In this document: one piece after another, positions 57,752 to 64,000 of the stretch
Numbering within the stretch: the stretch's first letter is position 1
How the letters are laid out: every line of letters starts with the position of its first letter
Assembly (NCBI GenBank): GCA_963809895.1
Contig: CAWELD010000003.1
Location: 992,001-1,056,000, forward strand
Direction: 5' to 3'
DNA from: an uncultured Gemmatimonadales bacterium
GTDB taxonomy: Bacteria; Gemmatimonadota; Gemmatimonadetes; Longimicrobiales; Gaopeijiaceae
Length of the DNA: 64,000 nt
Made by a program: the position numbers and the translations under genes
Notes under the pieces: model-generated
The model's database searches: none
The model's input: only the letters and a program-made list of their open reading frames with translations
Told to the model about the DNA's origin: nothing

Positions 57752-58788
57752 GCGCTGGCCTCCGTGGGGATGGCGTGGGCGGCGCGCAGACTGTTCAGGC
57801 TCTGCTCCAGGGCCGCCGTGGCCTGCGCGCGGTGCGCGTCGGTCACCGGCCGGTCCGCGAACTGGGCCCGCACGTAGAGGTCGGCCAGGCGGTGGAGCGA
57901 CGCGGGGTGCACCCCCAGCGGCCCCAGCGAGCGCCGCAGGTGCTCGTGGGGCGCCTCGTAGGCCTGCCGCGGCGCCCCGGCGGCCGCCAGCGTGTGCAGG
58001 AGACTGCGGTAGGCCGCGGTGATGACGTCCCGAGGCTCACCCTCGCTCAGGGCCATTTCGGTGAGCGATGCCTCCAGTCCGGCCTCGGCGTCGTCCCGGG
58101 CCACCCCGGGCATCTCGAGGCGCAGTCCCCGGGGGCTGGGCCGGTTCTGGCGCCTCATGATGCGGTAGATCAGCCCCAGGATCAGGAGTCCCAGGATCAG
58201 CGGCAGCATGCGTCCCAACCGCTGGAGCAGGCTCTGGGGCGGCCCAGCCGGCGGGCCCACCGGTCCACCCAGCGGGCTGGTCAGCACACCGCCCCCTGCC
58301 CCGCCAGGCTGGCTGACTCCCATGCCGCCGCCGAGCCCGCCGGGTCGGGTTCCTCCCGGCTCCGCGCCGCTCTCGTCGGACGAGGGATCGAAGGACGACG
58401 AGCCCGCAGCGCTCCGGGACGGGGCGTCGCGGGGCGGCAGCGGATGGATGGTGAGCGCCAGGACCGTGAGGATGCCCATGAGGACGGCCGCGGTCCTGAG
58501 CGCGACGGCGGTGGGGTCCGGCTCCCGGCGGCTCGTCCGCGGCAGGCGCCGGCGCTGGATCAGGAGCCCCGCGAGACCGGCGAGCACGGCGAGCGCACCG
58601 ACGCCCCGCACCACACGCACCCAGGTCTCGCTCAGCGCCGCGGCCGGGAGGATCAGGCGCACGTCCCGGGCGGCCACCGCCACCAGCGCGCAGGCCACCA
58701 CGGCCGCCACCAGCGCCAGCAGCCGCGGGCTGGAGGGCGCCGCTGCGCCGGCCTCCGGGTCGTCCTGTGGCTGGAGGGTCTCCTGCAC
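57748..58788 (-). CDS. DUF4129 domain membrane protein
   Basis: C-terminal 'ITAAY..L...GAPRQAYEAPHEHL...LADLYVRAQF'. Confidence 0.7.
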   Translation of the reverse strand: MQETLQPQDDPEAGAAAPSSPRLLALVAAVVACALVAVAARDVRLILPAAALSETWVRVVRGVGALAVLAGLAGLLIQRRRLPRTSRREPDPTAVALRTAAVLMGILTVLALTIHPLPPRDAPSRSAAGSSSFDPSSDESGAEPGGTRPGGLGGGMGVSQPGGAGGGVLTSPLGGPVGPPAGPPQSLLQRLGRMLPLILGLLILGLIYRIMRRQNRPSPRGLRLEMPGVARDDAEAGLEASLTEMALSEGEPRDVITAAYRSLLHTLAAAGAPRQAYEAPHEHLRRSLGPLGVHPASLHRLADLYVRAQFADRPVTDAHRAQATAALEQSLNSLRAAHAIPTEASA

Positions 58789-58870
58789 CGTGCGCGAGTC
58801 CCGGTCTCCGAGGAAGGCGGCCCGGCGATCCGCAGCCGCCTCGTCAATGTACGCGCGGGGGGCGTGAAGG

Positions 58871-60082
58871 CTACGCGGGGGGGTGGAGCTGGTAGATGTC
58901 GACGAAGGTCACGCCGAGCTCGTCGTGGCGCTCGATGGCGAGCCTCCCGTAGCCGATGTCCTGGATGTAGCCCGAGATGCCGTCCGGCAGGATGAACCAA
59001 CCCAACCAGGTGCCGTCGCCGTCGAGAATCTCATACTCACGAGCTGCCCTATTGAAGAACGGAGGACGATGGCCCACCCAGAGGTAGCCATCCTCGTCCC
59101 AGAACAGTCTGCCGATGGCGGCGGAGCTATCCGGGTGCTCGAGCCGGTCGAATGCCTCGGTACGCTCTCGCAGCGCGAATCGTGACCGGCCGAGAAGAGA
59201 ATCCCTGGCGGCTCTCAGCCTCTCTCGCGTGACGGCGATGCGTGGGAGGTCCAGGCGGACCCGTCCAATGCGCTCGCCGGAGATACGGTGGACATCGATG
59301 GTCCAGGTATTGGGGTCGCTGACATAGACACGTGGAGGATTCCCGCCCACCGCGACGAGAGCACCACCGACGAAGGGAGACCTGTAGTCGTATACCGCCC
59401 TGTTCGGAAGGCGCGGCGTGCTGGTTCTCGGAGGGCTGGGGTAGTCCGCGTAGGTGACGAGCATGTCCAGACCCAGGATCCCAACGACGGAATCTCGGCC
59501 CGCGAACACGGCCTGACTCGAAAGCGCAATTGCGAGATCACCGTGGCTCGTCAATTCCCATTGGTCTGGAATGAAGACCCTCGGCACCCTTCCCAGGAGT
59601 CCGCCACGGACGGTTTCAACGTCCAAGAGCTCCCCGGAAGTCCTGAACCAGGTCAACCTTCCCACACTGGGATCCCAGGCCAGGATCGTATCCCGCCCCA
59701 CCTCGGTGATCGCTGGCTCCGTCTGGAACTCCCCGGGACCTTCTCCGTAGGCGCCGAGCGTCGCTACGTGTGCCCCTGATCGGGCGAAAACCTCGATGCG
59801 CGGCGGATTCCGGTCGACGACCGCCACCCCTCCATCGGCGAGAAGCAGGACCTGGTCCACCGCCTGGAAGAGCTCCGGACCGCTGTTGGCCACCGAGCCG
59901 AGGATCAGGTCGGGCGCATCCGCCAGGGTCCAGCGAGACGCGGCCGTGTGTGTCGGTCTGACCTCGATCGTGGCGGCGCTCGAATAGTGGGGCTGTCCCA
60001 ATCCGGAGGTCTCGCCGTCGCCGCAGCCGAGTGGGGCCGCCAGCACCAAGAGGATGGCAGTGCAGAGGCGAGCGCGGACCAT
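58871..60082 (-). CDS. 6-bladed beta-propeller-like lipoprotein
   Basis: Lipobox 'PLGC'; 'GAYGEGPGEF', 'YEILDGDGTWLG'. Confidence 0.72.
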   Translation of the reverse strand: MVRARLCTAILLVLAAPLGCGDGETSGLGQPHYSSAATIEVRPTHTAASRWTLADAPDLILGSVANSGPELFQAVDQVLLLADGGVAVVDRNPPRIEVFARSGAHVATLGAYGEGPGEFQTEPAITEVGRDTILAWDPSVGRLTWFRTSGELLDVETVRGGLLGRVPRVFIPDQWELTSHGDLAIALSSQAVFAGRDSVVGILGLDMLVTYADYPSPPRTSTPRLPNRAVYDYRSPFVGGALVAVGGNPPRVYVSDPNTWTIDVHRISGERIGRVRLDLPRIAVTRERLRAARDSLLGRSRFALRERTEAFDRLEHPDSSAAIGRLFWDEDGYLWVGHRPPFFNRAAREYEILDGDGTWLGWFILPDGISGYIQDIGYGRLAIERHDELGVTFVDIYQLHPPA

Positions 60083-60083
60083 G

Positions 60084-60992
60084 CTACCGCGACCTCCCTG
60101 CCGTCGTCCTCCGGAAAGCATCCAGCCACTCCTTGCCCGCCTCGAGGCTCACCGCCTTCGTCAGCGCGCCGTAGGCAAGTTCGGCATTCTCAGGCCAGTC
60201 CCCTGTGGAGACGACCGCGACCAGGACCCAACTCCCGTCGACTTCCCGGAACACCGCACCTCCGGAGTCGCCCTTGTAGGTGGTGAACTCGAGCGGCAGG
60301 AGGTCAGGAGAGCCGAGACGGTTGAGCTCCGAGAAGCCAATGCCATCGAAGTCGGCGATGAGGGTGGACCTCGGGTAGAGCCCCCCTCCGTTTGCGGGAG
60401 ATACCGGCGGACCGATGCTGTCGATCACATTCATTCCGCCCATGCGTCCACCCGGGAACTGGAAACCCGACGCCGAGCCGTCGGCCGGGCCTCCAAGTCC
60501 CCACCCGATCAGGGCGACCTCCGTGCCGAGCGGCACCGGCTCCGTCGAGACGGTGACTGGCGTCACACCCTCGACCGGGGCGTCGAGCCCAACCAGGGCG
60601 AGATCGATCTGCTGGAAGCTCCCGTTCGCCTCAGGATGGAGACGCACTTGGGAAACGGCCCGGGTGGTGCCATCGGCGAGGACGAAGCGCTCGTCGTCTC
60701 GCCCCTCCTCCGTGAACAACCGAGCGACGTGCGCGGCTGTGAGAACCCGATCCGCGGCCACGAGCGTCCCGCTGCCGCTGGGGCCATCCCCACGCGTGAA
60801 GGCTCCGACGGCCGCGAACTCGGGGCGACCGGCGAAGGCAGCGTACGCCTCGCGGGGGACGTCGTGCCGGTAGACACCGCTGGATGGTGTCTCCGCGACC
60901 TCGGGCTCGTCGCTACGACGCGACCCGTCATGCGACGGACCAGGAGCCGTCGCTGCGAGGAGCGCGAGCGCGAAGAAGCGTCGGGGGCGCAT
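60084..60992 (-). CDS. Secreted trypsin-like serine protease
   Basis: Catalytic triad motifs 'LTAAH', 'DLAL', 'GDSGG'; signal peptide. Confidence 0.85.
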   Translation of the reverse strand: MRPRRFFALALLAATAPGPSHDGSRRSDEPEVAETPSSGVYRHDVPREAYAAFAGRPEFAAVGAFTRGDGPSGSGTLVAADRVLTAAHVARLFTEEGRDDERFVLADGTTRAVSQVRLHPEANGSFQQIDLALVGLDAPVEGVTPVTVSTEPVPLGTEVALIGWGLGGPADGSASGFQFPGGRMGGMNVIDSIGPPVSPANGGGLYPRSTLIADFDGIGFSELNRLGSPDLLPLEFTTYKGDSGGAVFREVDGSWVLVAVVSTGDWPENAELAYGALTKAVSLEAGKEWLDAFRRTTAGRSR

Positions 60993-61164
60993 GACCTCTC
61001 CCGGACCTTGTCTGAGGGGGGCTGGTCCGCAGACAGGATCGCATCGATCGCATCTCGTCCGCAAGCACTGTGGCCTCCGAAACAGGTAGGCTCGTACTTT
61101 GTCTGAGCGGAGCTGAGTGGGACACGGCTCGCACACTCCTGAACAGGCGTCGGAGGCGCAACGG

Positions 61165-61650
61165 ATGAATGCCGAAGTGTCGGTCCCTGGAGTCGAGGAA
61201 GAAACAGCCCTGGAGGTCAGGGCGGCCCAGCCGAGCACGGGCACTCGCTCCAAGATCACGGGCACCCTCGCTGCCATCGGGGGGATCTGCGGAATTGGAG
61301 CAGGGGTGGCGCTCACCTACCTCGGCAACGTGATCTCCGGGTACCCGATACCGCCCACCCTGGGGATCTACGCGTGGAACGCCAGCATCATGGGGGCGAT
61401 CGGCGCGACACTGGGCCCGCCGCTGGCGTGGTCCATGCTCCGCCGCGTGCCGCTGTGGCGGACCCTGGTCGAGCCTGCCGCCGCGGCGGTCGGGGCGAGC
61501 GTGCTTGCGATGCTCTTCGCGCCGCCGGTCTTCCCGTTGGCAGTTCCGGCCGCGGTCACGGCGGCCGCTCTGAGACTCCGGTGGGAATACCGAGACGTGG
61601 AGGCCGAAAGATCGTCGCCTGAGTCGGACCCGCCTGTTCTCACCGAGTAG
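61165..61650 (+). CDS. Hypothetical membrane protein
   Basis: About four TM helices; 'LLRRVPLWR'-like motif; followed by a terminator. Confidence 0.6.
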   Translation: MNAEVSVPGVEEETALEVRAAQPSTGTRSKITGTLAAIGGICGIGAGVALTYLGNVISGYPIPPTLGIYAWNASIMGAIGATLGPPLAWSMLRRVPLWRTLVEPAAAAVGASVLAMLFAPPVFPLAVPAAVTAAALRLRWEYRDVEAERSSPESDPPVLTE

Positions 61651-61655
61651 GGGCC

Positions 61656-61709
61656 GAAAACGCCACGAGCCCGGCAAGGTCTCTCGACCTCACCGGGCTC
61701 GTCGTTTTC
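61656..61709. terminator. Bidirectional intrinsic terminator
   Basis: GAAAACG(cc)ACGAGCCCGG ... CCGGGCTCGTCGTTTTC inverted repeat. Confidence 0.75.
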
Positions 61710-61712
61710 CAG

Positions 61713-61756
61713 AGCGGGCGACCGGGCTCGAACCGGCGACCCTCAGCTTGGGAAGC
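61713..61756 (-). mobile_element. att site: 3' half of tRNA-Gly(CCC) marking the boundary of an integrated element
   Basis: Minus strand GCTTCCCAAGCTGAGGGTCGCCGGTTCGAGCCCGGTCGCCCGCT = anticodon loop, T arm and acceptor 3' strand; no D arm or 5' acceptor strand upstream. Confidence 0.85.
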
Positions 61757-62035
61757 GTCGGAAGCGCGACGGACCGCTGCAGGATTCCGCGCAGTTATGC
61801 CATTTCTGCCCCCGACGCCAGCGGTGGGCGGCGGTCGTCAGCGGTGGGCGTGGGCACTGATTCTGTCACTGCGGCCCACGTCCGCACCGGCCCCGGGTCG
61901 CCCTCAGCGGTGGGCCGGGCCCTTCAGTTCAGGAATGGCCCCGAGCGACCACCATCTGAACCTCCCTGGAAACGAGAACGGCCGCCCTGAACATCGGGCA
62001 ACCGCTGTCGTTTGGGGATGGCTGGATGGGACGAC

Positions 62036-62239
62036 CTATCGGCCGTTCTGTTTCGCCCGAAGTCCAGGAAGCATGAGGTCGTCGAAGGCGACATCCGACC
62101 AGCCCTCGGAGCCCGTGTCTCCCAAGGCAACAAAACTGAGGCCGCGGATCTGGTCATGGGGAAACGCCGTGAGCGTCGCAGATTGCGGACACTCTTCCGA
62201 TGGGTCGGGAATCGTCAGTTTGCCAATCACCACGTCCAT
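62036..62239 (-). CDS. Small acidic hypothetical protein (67 aa)
   Basis: AGGAG RBS before ATG, 16 nt after the stop of the Ntn-hydrolase gene. Confidence 0.45.
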   Translation of the reverse strand: MDVVIGKLTIPDPSEECPQSATLTAFPHDQIRGLSFVALGDTGSEGWSDVAFDDLMLPGLRAKQNGR

Positions 62240-62255
62240 CGCGCTCCTCGCTAAT

Positions 62256-63080
62256 CTAGGAAGGAAACAAGTGCGGCGTGCCATCGGGCACCTCACCTCG
62301 AATGCGCTTCTCCTGCACGAAACTAAGGCCCTCGGACCTTGTCAGTGTTGCTACGTCGATGGGGCCGCCACAGCCCCGCATTACCACCGAGAGCCGCTGT
62401 GCCGCAATCGTCGTACGGATAAAGAACAGGGCCAGATCCACGCAATCCTCCAAGGGGAGTGCCTGGACGGGCACTTTCATCTGAATAGCGGCGGCCTTGG
62501 CCTGGAAGGCGTCGATGTTCTCCTCGGCTATACCCGACTCCCTCATGAGCTCTACCACGCGATGGTCGTACCCGCGCACGAGCCGGTCGACATACTCACG
62601 CTGCCCTCCCCAGGTGAGTCCGAACTGGTTCGCATCATGCCTTGCGATGGGGTTTGCGGAATGGGGCAGGTTCAATTCGTATACCTCGCCGTACGCCTTC
62701 TTGTCGTCGTACCCAGCGATAATCATGGTCATCGGCTGGCCCACGTACTGCTGGTTTCCCAGCTGCTCGTTCCACCGCTCAACAAAGAAGTGCCCGATTC
62801 GCTCCGAGTATGCCTTGATGGACAAACGCTCGTCGGGTAGATGGGACTGCAGTTCCGGCAGATAGCTATGCGCGGTGCGAAGTCCGATCGCGGCCTGGCC
62901 CCACGTGACGATGCCCACATGCTGGTGGGGCTCGACGCCGAGGCCGAAGAGCTTCACCGCATTGTCGTAGCTGATGTACAGCGGGTGTCCCAGAATCGGC
63001 GAATCGGTTTGCAGGGTGACGCGCGATTCGGCCGCGAGCACGATTCCGCTCGGGGACTTGATGGCGATGCCAAGACTCAA
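62256..63080 (-). CDS. Proteasome-subunit-like Ntn-hydrolase
   Basis: TTG start giving '(M)SLGIAIKSPSGIVLAAESRVT', 'KLF', 'IIAGYD', 'CGGPIDVATL' typical of the proteasome beta fold. Confidence 0.7.
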   Translation of the reverse strand: MSLGIAIKSPSGIVLAAESRVTLQTDSPILGHPLYISYDNAVKLFGLGVEPHQHVGIVTWGQAAIGLRTAHSYLPELQSHLPDERLSIKAYSERIGHFFVERWNEQLGNQQYVGQPMTMIIAGYDDKKAYGEVYELNLPHSANPIARHDANQFGLTWGGQREYVDRLVRGYDHRVVELMRESGIAEENIDAFQAKAAAIQMKVPVQALPLEDCVDLALFFIRTTIAAQRLSVVMRGCGGPIDVATLTRSEGLSFVQEKRIRGEVPDGTPHLFPS

Positions 63081-63267
63081 TGTCGCCTGCTCCGGACCTT
63101 GCCTGGGGGAGCTGGATTCGGCAACAGGATTACGCCGATCGCACCTCGACCGCAAGGACACGCGCTCCTTACACGGGACGCGCGCCCCCATACTTGACAA
63201 AGTACCCGCATCAGGTTATTGATGTGATGAGGGCCCCCCCAGACCCCTCCCACTGGGTGGTCATGTC

Positions 63268-64000
63268 ATGGTGTCTCACCTCGTCTTCGGGGCTCTTCTT
63301 ACCGTCGCCCAGCAGCCGGTTCAGGTTGCACCCGCCACCGATTGTCCGGACCCAGGTTGCGGGTATTCGCTCGCCACAGAAGTGGAGCTCGAGCCTACGG
63401 GGCGGTCTATCAGCATCGGTCGCACTAATGATTCGGGAAGGACGTTCGCGGTAATCGGGAGCGCTGTCGACCAAGTCCTCGTGTTCACCCCGGACGGCAC
63501 TCGGACGAGTTCGGTCGCCTACCCTCCGGTGGGCTCGTACGTCAACATCTACTCGCTCGTCCCAGCCGCGGACTCGATGATCGCCTTTGACCGGGCTGGG
63601 CCGAGTCTCTCCGTGATTGATCGGAACCTCCGTGTTGCTCGCACGGAGCGATTCCCGATGCCGGTCTTTGACGCTGTGCGTCTTGGAGACGACGCCTTCC
63701 TCGTGAACGCTGAGATGAACACGCCGGAGCGGGTCGGGCTTCCCCTTCACGTCGTCCGGAATGGAGAGATCGTGCGCTCGTTTGGTTCTGCGCATGGGGT
63801 GTACCGACCTGACTTCTCGTATCTCACGCGGCGCGAAGTGGCCCTCGCATCCTCGGGCGAACTCTGGGCAGCCAGGAAGAGCGAGTATCGCCTTGAGTCA
63901 TGGGGGAACTCGGATGAGGCGCCCGACAAGGTGCTCGCGGTTGACCTCCCGGGCTTCGAGCCCTGGAGCAGCGGCCCCCGGAGCCCTAGCGATGGAAATG
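63268..64000 (+). CDS. Exported beta-propeller-like protein (3' truncated by window; not in ORF track)
   Basis: Open frame from ATG 63268: 'MVSHLVFGALLTVAQQPVQV...CPDPGC...VLVFTPDG...NAEMNTPERVGLPLHVVRNGEIVRSFG'. Confidence 0.65.
   Translation, partial: MVSHLVFGALLTVAQQPVQVAPATDCPDPGCGYSLATEVELEPTGRSISIGRTNDSGRTFAVIGSAVDQVLVFTPDGTRTSSVAYPPVGSYVNIYSLVPAADSMIAFDRAGPSLSVIDRNLRVARTERFPMPVFDAVRLGDDAFLVNAEMNTPERVGLPLHVVRNGEIVRSFGSAHGVYRPDFSYLTRREVALASSGELWAARKSEYRLESWGNSDEAPDKVLAVDLPGFEPWSSGPRSPSDGN

Noticed and set aside
61713..61756. Intact tRNA-Gly
   Set aside because: D arm and 5' acceptor strand are absent; it is an att-site remnant
63194..63222. Sigma-70 promoter (TTGACA at 63194)
   Set aside because: Perfect -35, but the hexamer at 17-bp spacing (TATTGA) lacks the conserved final T; too weak to call

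Overview
High-GC bacterial chromosomal segment, probably Gemmatimonadota (inferred from gene content and the many 6-bladed beta-propeller lipoproteins). It appears to span the replication terminus: a 28-bp dif-like site at 7704-7731 has genes converging on it and is flanked by DnaA-box-like 9-mers. From left to right the window holds: an envelope glycosylation/lipid cluster; a membrane-bound group 1 [NiFe]-hydrogenase operon with an unusually reduced maturation set (HypA without its Zn finger, a mini HupE/UreJ-like ORF, no hypF); GGT and peptidase genes; a 2-oxoacid:ferredoxin oxidoreductase with a GltD-like flavoprotein; a clade II N2O reductase operon (cyt c-nosZ-D-F-Y-B); tRNA-Arg(CCT); and a compositionally atypical cassette of ECF sigma, secreted 6-Cys peptide, beta-propeller and DsbA-like oxidoreductase, which is the best candidate for an undescribed system. 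These are followed by the housekeeping der-plsY-gpsA-merR-surE-pcm operon, a ClC channel, a MoxR/DUF58 operon with compensating frameshifts, and the left end of an element integrated in tRNA-Gly(CCC) that carries a proteasome-like Ntn-hydrolase. All product calls come from motif recognition by eye; no searches were run.
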